From: Lepidodermella squamata
Lineage: Eukaryota; Animalia; Gastrotricha
Length of the DNA stretch: 64,000 nucleotides
NCBI GenBank assembly: GCA_047495785.1
Contig: JBLDXI010000009.1
Coordinates: 5,084,001 to 5,148,000, forward strand
Direction: 5' to 3'
The notes below the pieces were generated by a model. That model made no database searches and was not told the DNA's origin. It saw only the letters and a program-made list of their open reading frames with translations. Within the stretch, counting starts at the first letter, position 1. Each line of letters begins with the position of its first letter. Position numbers and translations under genes: made by a program. This document shows positions 12,139 through 23,847 of the stretch, one piece after another.

Positions 12139-13479
12139 TATTTTTGTAACAAAAGATCTACGAATTGGATAGAATAACTTGAATAGTGAACGTCTTTGAT
12201 GATTGGCGGAGTCTGAAATGATAAGATCATTAGAAGGCAAAAATATCTGAGAGCGATGTTTGAGAGTAAAATTCGCGAGTAAGTCCAGCGGGCAATCAAG
12301 GGTTCATCAAGTTAGAACGCGCATCTAGAGGCCATTAATTCGGAGACGGTCGAAATTCATTCTTCCTTCTTTCCGGCCGGGCATTCGAATGCTGAATGAG
12401 GCATTATCGACATCTACATCTTTCAGAGGATGATGTATTCCAAGTTCCAAGTCCTAAAACCCCCACTCAAAATGCAAATCGAAAATAAAAGTACAAAATC
12501 AATAAATGACATCAACAGATTATAATGGTACCTAACTCTACCATCTACCACCGGCTACTGGCTACTGTAGAAAGAGTGAAACCTATAAGTATAGTAGATT
12601 TGCCGAAAAGTACAAACAACGGGAACATTAAAAGAGTGATGTCTTTAAGACTGATTTTCAAAAACGTGGTGAAAGAAAAAGGTAAGAGTTGGAACTTCGC
12701 TTCGCGCACCTTACAGCTTACGGCTCACTAGCATTTTGTTCGGACGCTTCGAGTCGCGAGACGCCGCCGGGTTCAACCGACTTAAAACATCAATAAAACT
12801 AACGATAATTTGTTTGTCAAATATTAACCGTGATATCATCGATCATGTTTAGAATTCATTATAATATAATAATTCTGAACTTTCATTAGTTTGGTCACGT
12901 GATCGATTACCTTACATTTTTTTGGTTGAGATGCGCTTTTTCTGATGCCGTTTCCAAGCCGTTCATCGACCGTTGTGCACGTGAAGTGTGATGCAGCTCT
13001 GAATCCTGAATCCTGAACCTTATTTTTCGAGATTCATGGTAAATGGCACCATTTTAGTTGTGCCGTAGGTCGAAGATCTCGTTACTATGTTGATATTTTT
13101 GCCTGAACACATGAATTAAGAGAGGAAATGCAATGGGATGCGCTCCCAAAATAGCTTACATTGCCTTGTTGGTTGTTGGTTGGTTGTTGATTGATTTTTT
13201 TCGTGGTTACAATTATACTTCTTCGATGCTCATATTATTAAGCTCCCAACGTGAAAACGAGGAGTTCGCTATATATTGTGAATACATTGATAAACCCGCA
13301 ACCTTTTGCTGTTTGGAGTCTTTGAATTTTCTAACAGCCTCTTGTTACATGCCCACCAATGCCATTAGAGTTATTTAATTATTTCATTTTAGGTCAACTG
13401 TCGTAATAGCTTGTTATATATCTGAAATTAGTAGTTGACTGTTGATCGCATACCGTGTCTGGTGGTCTTTATTTCAAAG

Positions 13480-14656
13480 ATGAGGCAATGGCAACGAGTT
13501 GCTCTAATTATTCTCGCCAATTTTATTTGCATCGTCATTCTGTCGGTTCCAATAATACTGGTCAACAGATACTCGCCTATTCAAATCCGCGGCTTCGATC
13601 CTGACGATGCGGATATTGCTTTATCCTTCAAACCAAATACAATCAGCGGCGGTGCAGCTATTGGTGCTATAATAGCCATATTTTGTGGCGTTGCTATTCC
13701 GCTGGAATTTTTTGTTGCCTACATCACGTTGAAAGCTTGCAGTGACTCAACTGCCAGTTCCAAAGTTGATGGAAAGAAGTTATTTATACAATTTTGTCGG
13801 ACTATGCTGCCGATATTCGTCGTCTTTTGGGCGTGCCTTGCGTTAACAGGCCTTCTTACTGATATCATTAAATACATGGTCGCTCGACCTCGACCCTGTT
13901 TTCTTCACATGTGCAAACCTGATTATACTCAATTGCCTCAACCCGATTGCCAGAAATGCGGATCTGCCAGTAATCCAGGGACGTTCTGGCCAATGTGCCC
14001 AGGCTGTCCTTTCCTTAACGCGACTTACGCTGAACAAGTTTGCAGCTCTGGTAACGCTTGGTGGAGCGAGAGGTAAGGACCTATCGCACGAAAGCTTGCA
14101 TGCTCATATTTACTAGCTTATTATTTCAATACACAGTGACAGTGATATTTCTCCACACAGAGATAAATGGCTGTCATTCCCAAGTGGACATTCGTCTTAC
14201 ACATTCTTTGCGATGACCTATCTCGCAATGTATGTTTTCCGGCGATTTGGCGGGCTGAAATTAGTGTCACGATACATTGTCGCGCTACGGCCTCTTCTAG
14301 TTTTCGGCGTTATGGTCTTCGCGTTATGGGTCGCTCTATCTCGAGTTGCCGATCATCGCCATCGCGTTTCTGACGTGATAGCCGGCGGATTGATAGGTGC
14401 TGCGATCGGAATCTGGTCATTTCTCTGCGTTACAGCTCGAGCTTTGTTCCCACCCCCTAGCCTTCCGACGAAACCAAGCGGCCTAACAACGAGATCTACG
14501 TTCGACAGCCAAATAAATGGTACCTTCGTGGATGAAACGGTATTAGAAAGTGGTGCGATGAAAACGATCCCGCCGAGTCGAGCCGTGAGTTATCATAATG
14601 GACAATTACCGCCGGTCAATCAAACTTCAGTTACTTTCAGTATAGCGCAAGTGTGA
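13480..14656 (+). CDS. PLPP: Phospholipid phosphatase (PAP2/LPP/wunen family)
   Basis: Exons 13480-14072 and 14161-14656. Multiple TM helices and catalytic motifs C1 KYMVARPRP, C2 SFPSGHS, C3 SRVADHRHRVSDVIAG. Confidence 0.9.
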
Positions 14657-14887
14657 CGCCAGGATCCTGCTAGCTTGAAAAAATCGCCTTCATTCCGTGA
14701 TAAAGTGATGTAGTAGCGTTCGAATGAATATTTATGTCTGCTTTTTCTTTCCATGGTAACGAGATTTCGATCTCTTGCAGAAAATTTTATCTTGCGGGTC
14801 ATCTTTCGCTTTTTATGTTGTTTCTGATTCGGTGAACGAAAATTAATAAACGATGTATTTCAGTTATTTAGGTTTTTATCTAGAATA

Positions 14888-17695
14888 ATGAGCGTTTTCA
14901 GTGCTACGGAACAAGCTCCGCCCATCGAGGTCTTCCAGCTCAATGAGATGTGTAAGAAAGACACGTCGGATAAGAAAGTCAATCTAACGATCGGCGCTTA
15001 TCAGGACGAAAATTCGAAGCCGTGGGTCCTGCCCGTTGTTCGCATGGTCGAGCAGAAAATCGTCGAAGATCCGACGCTAAATCACGAATATTTGCCAATC
15101 ACTGGAACGCCCGAGTTCACCGATGCTTCAGTCGATTTGCTGTTGGGTGACAATTCACCGGCTCGTCTGCAAAACCGCGCATTTGCCGTTCAAGCTCTTG
15201 GTGGCACTGGCGCGATTCGCCTCGGCGCCGAGTTTTTGCGTTATGCTGGCAAAACCGCCGTCTATATTCCGAATCCGACATGGCCTAACCATAGACAGGT
15301 GTTTCAGCTGTCTGGGTTCGCTTCGGTGAAGGATTACCGCTATTTGAAAGCCGATCAAACCGGGTTCGATTTGGAAAACATGCTGGCCGACCTTCGAGAT
15401 GCTCCCGAGGTATAAAAAAATTGACACAAACAAAATTGCCCTCCCCATTATTAGTACCAGAACTCCTCGATAGCTGGAACTGATGACTTCAAAAATAACT
15501 AAATTTCTGAAAATTTGATAGATTTGTTTTGTAGTTATTTTGCAAAGTCTAATTGTGAAGGCTGAAGGCTTGATCAAAAATTTAAAGAATTCTAGGAATT
15601 TTTTCACATTGAATACCTAAATCCTAAATGCATGCATTTTTCACATTAGATGGGGACAAATTTTACTTAAGCGTAGTAAACTTAATAAAGCTTAGTAGTA
15701 AATTTTTACTTCCAGAGGAATTGCATTATTAATTACTAATCGGCTCAAAATTCCTGTATAAATATTCAGAGACTTCACGAATAAAAATCAAATACCCGAG
15801 GACGAGAGCGCAATATAACCATGATTTAAAAAAATTACCTGAAAAATTAAGTTCAGAAATAGCGTTAGGTGCCAAGTTTCTAAATTTGGTTCTTCTGAAA
15901 GCTATTCTGATGATAAGCTATCGGTTATTTTTTCCTTTTAGGCTTTATTTTTGGCATATTGTATTTTTGTTTGCAATGGCTTTGGGATATTCAGGTTCGA
16001 ATTTATTTGGAAAAATTCAGTAATATACATCTCCGAACTTCCAAAGCTGGGAAATAAAACCCAATTCTATTAGTTGAATCGATTCCTGTGTGCTGGACAA
16101 TTTTAATTATTCAAACAATTAACGTACTTCTCTACATTACTCATTTTTCAAGTGGGATTCAAATCTGCCCATCGGACGTATTCCCAGTTGAATACAATCA
16201 AAATTCGCATAAAATCAGCGATAAAATTCTAAAATTTGTTGTTGGTAATTTCATATTTAAAATTCCATTGAATTCTTAATTCAAAAATTAATTTAGTTGT
16301 TTGTTAATTTTATCAGTGGAAAATTATTTTGTTGTTGTTTTTCTAGGGCGCCGTTGTAATTTTGCACGGTTGTGCTCACAACCCGAGTGGCATCGACCCG
16401 AGCCCTGAAGAATGGGAGACCATCGCTCAACTGGTGAAAGAGAAGAAGCTCTTCCCATTCTTCGACCTGGCCTACCAAGGTTTCGCCTCCGGAAACCCAG
16501 ACACAGACGCCGCTGTTGTGCGATCGTTCGCCGCGCAGGGCTACGAGCTGTTCACGGCGCAGTCGTACTCGAAAAACTTCGGCCTGTACGGCGAGCGAGT
16601 GGGCGCGCTGGCCGTTGTGCTCAACGACCCGGACGTTTGCATTCGCGTGAAATCGCAAATGACGCGAATCGTGCGCTCGCTGTGGTCGAACCCACCGTCG
16701 CATGGCGCCCGCATTGTGTCAACTGTTCTGCGCAATCCTCAGTACAAGAAGGAATGGTTAGTCCTAGCTGCATTCTAAAATTATATACCAATACCCTAAA
16801 TTAGAGTCTATCAATTTGCATCACTAAAACGAGGTTCCAGCGCTTGCATTATAATTTATAATAATTTTATAATTTCTTTTTCAAAGCGAACTTTGAGGAC
16901 TAGAAGGGCATGCCACTAACTCTAACCCTAGGTCTTATCGTAAGAGATTGAGATGAACATTTCCGTATGACGGATTTCGACTGGTGCAGTCTAGCTGACA
17001 CTCCCAGCCTCCCAATTTTCTATTTTGTAACGCGATGGATTGGTAAAACCACCGCGGGGCCGAGGGGGGACTCGATCCTGGTTCCGTCACTAGGACTTGA
17101 ACCCAGTCCCGAGCGATATCCCCTCAGATACACAGTAGCTCAACGACCCTACTGAGCCACCGTGCCTCCCATTGTTAGGAATTAACGTAAATTACGATGA
17201 ATTCTTCTTAATTTTCTGTTTGCTCGGCGTCCCATATTTTGAAAGGAATTTTCTGAAAATATTCTGAGATCTGAAATCTGAAAAATTAGGAAAAAACAGT
17301 TTTCAAATTTAAAAAGTGGATTTTTTTATTTTTTCAGTATTTGGTATTTGCCATCGGTCTTTCTTAAATTCCTTTCTTATGAATAATTTTGTTGAATTTT
17401 GCCCAGGCTGTCTAATCTGACGACAATGTCATCCCGCATCATCACGATGCGCCACGAGTTGTACCGCCGGCTGCGCGAGCTGGGCACGCCCGGCTCGTGG
17501 AAGCACCTGATCGAGCAGCGCGGGCTGTTTTCGTACACGGGCCTGAGCCGTAAGCAAGTCGAGCGGCTGCGCAACGAATTCCACGTGTACCTACTCAACG
17601 ACGGCCGCGCGAATATGTGCGGATTGACGCCGTCGAACGTGCAGCACGTGGCCGAAGCTTTTCACCGCGTTGTCTCCGATGAAGCGAAATTGTAG
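14888..17695 (+). CDS. GOT1: Aspartate aminotransferase, cytosolic (canonical copy)
   Basis: Exons 14888-15409, 16347-16756 and 17407-17695. Motifs [58 protein letters not shown] (PLP lysine), [10 protein letters not shown] (Arg292) and DGRANMCGL (Arg386). Confidence 0.95.
16850..17170 (-). mobile_element. tRNA-derived SINE-like element in GOT1 intron 2
   Basis: The minus strand begins GGGAGGCACGGTGGCTCAGTAGG (A box) and has GGTTCAAGTCC (B box) ~45 nt later. It does not form a complete cloverleaf and ends in a TTATAA-type simple-repeat tail near 16850-16872. Confidence 0.6.
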
Positions 17696-20247
17696 ACGGA
17701 ACAAATAGGAATTCTAGCTGATGATTCAAAATGACACTTTTTCGCCCTTGATAAAACGAAAAATCAATCGATGTATTAAATCGATTATCTTAATATTATT
17801 ATTATGCATATCTTCGATTCGGATGTGTTTCAAAAACCTTTATCGATGAAATAAATGATTTTTGTTTCAGCTGTGATTTTTCTTCCCAGTATGTATTAGT
17901 GCCCGTTTTGTCTTGTGCCGTGATATATCGAATGTTGTCTGGAGCCGGTTACTTATTATTTTGATGGATATCGTTACGAACGCATGCGGTTGTTACCTTT
18001 AATAAAACGTTGTAGCGGATAGCGAATACAAATGAAATATGGAATTTTACATATTTTCGAGATGAGCGCAGGGTAATTTTGAACACTTTGCAGGCGAAGA
18101 GCTATGCGATACTGGCTGGAGCGATACTACGATAAAAAAGATATTACAAGTAGGGCAACTTGGGATGTCAGTTTGAGACCCTTTTCTTATCTCACTAACA
18201 AACGATCATTCTCGGGCTAAAAACTAAAATTCCTCAGAAACATGGTCCTGTCAAAAATATCCCCTCGTTGCGGTGTGGCTTCGAATTCCAGAAGAGTTAC
18301 CAAATATGCCGCGCAGATTCCTGGCCGCAAAACAGACAGCTAACCATCGGAATGTTTTTATTTAGTTATTCGTAATTATTAGTAAAAAAATTCGAGGCTT
18401 CTTTTTTCACAGAGCAAACAAGGCATCGAATTATTTTCAAAATATGGCGGAGCTAGGGAAAATAAAATTCTTTGTCGGCCGATAAAAATTCAGCATTCCG
18501 TTTGTTAAACCTATCGGTGACTCACTGCATTGTAATAGATGCCTCTTAGGTGCCTAATAGTTCGCAATTACGATTCTGCATCGTCAATAATTTGTTTCCC
18601 AACGTTCCGCTGTGACCTTCTCACAAGCGAGTCATCATTACTTCCTCTCATTTCAAGAGTTTCGTGGTAATGTGTAATCAGAACGAAACCAACTGGCTAT
18701 CTCTTCGTATTTTCGGAAAATGATTCAATGCAAAAGAAGCACTCAACGAATCAGTTTTGACCGTTTTGACCCTTTTACTTTCATTTAGTGAGATAAAAAT
18801 CTCGTCCACGTGGTTTTTTACGTCAGACTTGGCTAGACTTGCTTTTGGCGTTATCTTTTGCGGACGTCCAACTTTCTTCGGAGCTGACATTATTGTTAAC
18901 TAGGTTGGAAAATTCCGCGCTCTATTATATATATATATAATATTATATAACAATACTATATTAAATAATTAGTCATACGCAGCTTGATTACGATTGAAGT
19001 GTGCTCAAATATGTAGGTGAATTTAAAATAAAATGCGCATCTCGTAGCTCCAAGTAATAAACTGTGCAAAAAGCATCGCTCCCCCACCGCCACGACATGA
19101 GCTAATTCAGATGGTATCTTTCGTGGGCTGCGGCGTTTTGGCTAGGGCAAAATTTTTTGGGTGATAATACGCGGTAATCTGTTTATAGAGCGAATTTAGC
19201 CTCTAATTCTACAATCATCTCAGCTTAAATTTGTCGGCAATTATTTTTCATATTATACCAGGAAGCTTGGGTGGCTTGCCAGGGTTGAACTAGATCGATG
19301 ACTTGATTCAGCCGGTAATTTTGTTTCGCAAAACACACTTTGTTCGCATCAGGGTATATGAAATTTGGAAAGTGGATTTTACATTTTTGACGGCAATGAA
19401 CGCTAATTTTGCGCCAACAAACCCAGGAGATATTACGACTCCCTTATACCCTCTCCTAGTCCCCTTACAACCGCAGAACCAACCACTGAGTATGTGTCTG
19501 CTACGAGGGCTCAAATTTTAGAGCCAGGAGAGGCAGCCCGGATGCGACACTTTTCGAGCATTCGCGTTGCGCGTACAGCTACCCCTAAGAGCATCGAGTT
19601 GTCAAAACTCATATTTCCATCCATGCGTTTCGTGTTCTTCTTTTACGTTTAATTATATCACAAATTTACAAATAATTAGTCATGTAGGTTTATTCCAAGA
19701 TACATTATAGTGTATTATAGTCTGCTAATAAACAAGCTCAAATTATATGCCTAACTTTCAACTACTGAATATGGTTTCGTGCGCGCTAGGCTGACATAAA
19801 AAATGGCGCACGCCACAATTATTATAATGCGCTCGCGAACTCTACCTTTGTCCATCTAATGAGAGCATGGTATTTTCGAGAAATTAAAAAAAAGCAAGTT
19901 GTCAAAAATCAAAATCACACTGCAAGCGAGAAGAAATTCACAAAATTAAATATATAGATAATTATACCTTGTTTTGTCCATCCCTGGACACAGTTTTTTA
20001 ACAACCCGACGTGCCAGACAGTATCCATGCCAAATTATTTAAAAAACAACACCTCTCATGTAGGTCAGTTCCACGTTATGAAGTTCTTTGACTCATCCGT
20101 GCTGCTTTCTGCGGTGGGCGAAATAACTACTCAGACAAATACCCAACCTACACCCAAGACAATGCTATAAAATGAGCACGGAACCAACCATTTTTGACTT
20201 CGAATTTATTTCATATTACTTTGATAGTGCTTTAAGCAAACTAAAAA

Positions 20248-21638
20248 ATGCCTGCGGATGCCACAAAAGCCATGTCCATCTTCAAATCTGGCTCTGTCAA
20301 ACCTGTTCCGAACCTGTCAATTAGCATCGGCGGAACTCCTGCTATCGAGCTTTTCCAACTGAATGAAATCTGCAAACAAGATATGCACGAGAAGAAGGTC
20401 AATTTAACGGTTGGCCTTTACTTTGGTGAGGATGCAAAACTGTTGACCCTACCCGTTGTTCGCCGCGTTCAAAACATGCTGTCAGTTGAAGATCTCGTCA
20501 TGAACCATACGTATCTCCCACTTGAGGGTATGGAATCTTTCAACTCAGCAGCAGTCAAGCTTCTACTTGGCGAGAATTCAGCGGCTATTCGCGACAAACG
20601 GACTGCAACTGTTCAGACAATTGGTGGAACTGGGGCTGTTCGTCTAGCGGCCGACTATTTGCGGCAACACTTCGGAAAATTGCATGTTTTGATCCCGAAC
20701 CCTACCTGGGTCAACCACCAACCACTATTCGAAAATGCTGGCTACGTCACCCAAGATTATTTCTTCATGAACAGCAGCAATACTTCATTCAGCTTGCCAA
20801 AAATGCTTTTGTCATTGGAATCCGCTCCTGAGGTAAAGAACCATGACCTTCCTCATTTCGCATGAAAATCTTTCGTTAACAGGGATCAGTAATTGTTCTT
20901 CAGGCTTGCGCCAACAACCCGACTGGAGCAGATCCAAGCAAAGAAGACTGGCTTGCTATTAGCGAACTCGTTAGAAGAAAGAATCTGTTTCCGATTTTCG
21001 ATCTGGCCTACCAAGGATTTGCGTCTGGGGATCCGGAAACTGACGCCTTTGCTGTTCGGTTATTCGTTGAGCTTGGTTTTGAATTAATTGCAGCTCAGTC
21101 GTTCTCTAAGAATTTTGGCCTCTATGGCGCGCGCATTGGTGCGATGCATTATGTATTTGCCGATTCGAATGATCAAGCTATGAAAAAATCTCAAATGAGC
21201 CAAATTGCTGCTACCCTGTGGGCTAATCCTGTGAACTTGGGCGCTATTATCGTATCAACTGTTCTGAACAACCCTGAGCTAAAGCAAGAATGGTATATAT
21301 TTTCTCTATTCTTTTCTCTAAATTTCTCACAGGAAAGCGTTTTTCCTAATTTCAGGTTGGAAAATTTGAGATCTATGAACACCAGAGTCGTGACATTGAG
21401 AAAGAAGCTGTGCGATAGATTGAAAGAGTTAGGAACCCCTGGCAACTGGTCCCACTTCACTCAGCACAATGGAATGTTTTCGTTCTCAGGGTTAACTGCC
21501 GAGCAGGCAGATCGTTTGAGGTGCGAATTCCACGTCTACATTTTGAGGAATGGACGTATAAACTTTAGCGGATTAAATGCAGGCAATGTTTTATATGTTG
21601 CGGATGCAATTCACCACGTGGTATTAACCACAGCGTGA
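20248..21638 (+). CDS. Divergent cytosolic aspartate aminotransferase paralog (Arg292 absent)
   Basis: Exons 20248-20832, 20883-21292 and 21356-21638, with the same intron positions as GOT1. [14 protein letters not shown] keeps the PLP lysine, but the copy reads QIAATLWANP where GOT1 reads [10 protein letters not shown]. Confidence 0.9.
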
Positions 21639-22304
21639 TTGCTCTAAATCATAAAAAATCTCTGTGCCCTTGCTTCCTTTGCTTTCGTTGTTGTGTTCCT
21701 AATGTATTCAAACACTGCTCCCATTACTCTCGTTACTATGTGCTGTTGAACGGCTCTTTTGAAGAACAGTAACAAGACCGCCCGGTTTCAAACAATATGT
21801 TTTATTGACTATTGGCATAAACTAAAATTATAGTTACATAAAAAGCTTAATTCTGTGTGATTTCATGATTTTACACAAAAAATATTTTAACTGTAATGAA
21901 GTTTTCATCATATTTATGCCAACTTGGTGTTTTCAGAATATATTAGGTCAAATATGGAATCTTGCTGATCAATCAGTTAATAACGGTCTTCTGTTACTTT
22001 CGGGGCACTTATATATTTATAACCAATAATGAAATTAGCAGTTAGCCATGGATAGCCGACACAGTGGATACAGTAGCCGTTGCAAAACTTTATTCCAGCG
22101 GCTGTGTCGTCTTACACGAGAATGAGTCTAAGCTGGCCATGGGGATGGAACAAACTACCAACAGTCATGGCATAACTTTCAGGCTACCTATAAACGGATT
22201 CATTTGCATTTTCTAATGAGACGGATTGACGATGACCTACTGAATAATAACATTTGAAATTTCCAAGTTCAAGCTCATGTTAACAAATTAATAGCCAGCG
22301 AGCT

Positions 22305-22772
22305 TTAGATAAGATTATGGGCATAGGCATAGATGACGCATAGGTGATGAGTAAAGTGAGTAAATCGTAATTGAAGCCTGGCCAGTGTGGTCGGTGCAGC
22401 TTGGCCCAAAGTTAGGTCACCGTAATTCAAGTGACTAAATACCAGACCATTGGCCAGGATAGCAGTCCTTCGACTTACGAACTTCGAGGCCGGCTTGATA
22501 GCAAACAAACCTTCACTTGCTTTGCTTTTGGCGCCGTTTATGTGCTTTTTGAAAGACAGTTTGTTGTCGATCGTAAAGCCCAGTGTTACCATTTCACTTG
22601 ACAGCTTTACTATTGCGTCACCCATTTTAATAAAGAAATCCGGAGCCGAAGGCATCGCGCATTTCAATATCAAAAATTGCGACTTTTTACCGTTAACCTG
22701 CAAGGAGTTGGACTTCAACCAACAACAAACCCGATTGATTTCCTGTTGAAGAACCGATCTGAACAGCGACAT
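22305..22772 (-). mobile_element. Truncated non-LTR retrotransposon (CR1/L2-like) reverse-transcriptase C-terminal fragment
   Basis: Translation INRVCCWLKSNSLQVNGKKSQF...LGFTIDNKLSFKKHI...LVFSHLNYG matches the LINE RT thumb/C-terminal pattern. No YADD core is present. Confidence 0.75.
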
Positions 22773-23427
22773 TTCTGGCCATTTATTGAGCTATATTTGC
22801 TTCGCGGAGGTTTTAGCAATCCATTCACTTTGAAGTCTCCCCACAAACCGCGGAGAACTGAGCTTCAGGACTCTGAAAGCGTCTTGCGCGCGCCGAGATG
22901 ATTTTTATTTTTAGAAAAACATGCAGCCATAACTTGGTCTGTTTATCAATTATTTATCTTTAAAATTATGTAATTTACAATTTTAGCATTTAATTTTAGG
23001 AAAAACTTTTTTTAAAACTACTAATTAATGTGGAGGTGAAATCAAGGTTTCATGTTTCACGCGCGCTAAGAGCAGTAATCGATGGTACAGTATATCTCAG
23101 GTACTGATGTCGTCATCAGTCTTCGACTCGTCAGCGCTCACCTCTCACCTGAAAGGAAGTAATTACAGCCCTCAAGCTTCATGTGGTGACTCTCAAAAAC
23201 TATTGTTTATGGAGTTTTTTTTAATTTGTAGTGATTTTCTCTTTATTTGCTTTTGATGACATGATGCTTCCTGCTTCCCACTCGGGATCAGGAATTCTGA
23301 AACCGTTAATTTCTAGCGTTTTTATTCTGCTTATAGCTAGAGCCACGTTGGATGGCTTTCCTGTCGCTTTACTATCATTTTGCCTTTTCGTAGTCAGCAA
23401 GCCATCTCATATATTAAACATTGTTTG

Positions 23428-23694
23428 ATGGCGAGGAAGTCATTGCCCTGTCTGTCAAATGTTGAGACGAAGGAATCTCTATTAGAAGAGGAGGCTGAAT
23501 TAAAACGCACCGTTGAAGAGTTCAGATTAGCTAACTATGACATTGACAAAATCGGAACCGTAGTGAAAATGTTGCACGAGTATAATTCGATCAAAGATGC
23601 GTGCCAACTCGTTCTTGGGAAAATTGCCGATCTTGAAGCTCGGACTTTGGCTGATGTCCACAAATCTTTCGACCTTCCATTGAAAGAAAAATAA
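23428..23694 (+). CDS. SWI5: DNA repair/recombination protein SWI5 (Sae3) homolog
   Basis: 88-aa intronless ORF with the Swi5 signature LHEYNSIKDACQLVLGKIA. Confidence 0.85.
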   Translation: MARKSLPCLSNVETKESLLEEEAELKRTVEEFRLANYDIDKIGTVVKMLHEYNSIKDACQLVLGKIADLEARTLADVHKSFDLPLKEK

Positions 23695-23847
23695 CTGGTT
23701 TGCCTTTGATTGCCTGATTCTTTTCTACAGCTCATTATTAAACGTTATTGAAACGCGTCCTGTTTTCGTCGGTATAGGTTCAATTCTTATTTAATTCGTG
23801 AATTGTATGCTGATGCTTTCCAGTATCTTTTCATGCCAACTCTTAAT

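Noticed and set aside
16293-16804. Long antisense or alternative-frame ORFs over GC-rich exons (also at 25771-26122, 27516-27884, 31185-31493 and 59386-59592)
   Set aside because: These are expected shadows of high-GC3 coding sequence.
18678-18890. 70-aa ORF starting MSAPKKVGRPQKITP, reminiscent of a Tc1 GRPR/AT-hook motif
   Set aside because: No transposase domain or TIRs found; too short to call.
23105-23140. Other CTGANGA motifs (here on the minus strand, and near 15480, 30957, 38788 and 49477) checked as hammerheads
   Set aside because: None has a stem II followed by GAAA and an NUH site with a closing stem I.
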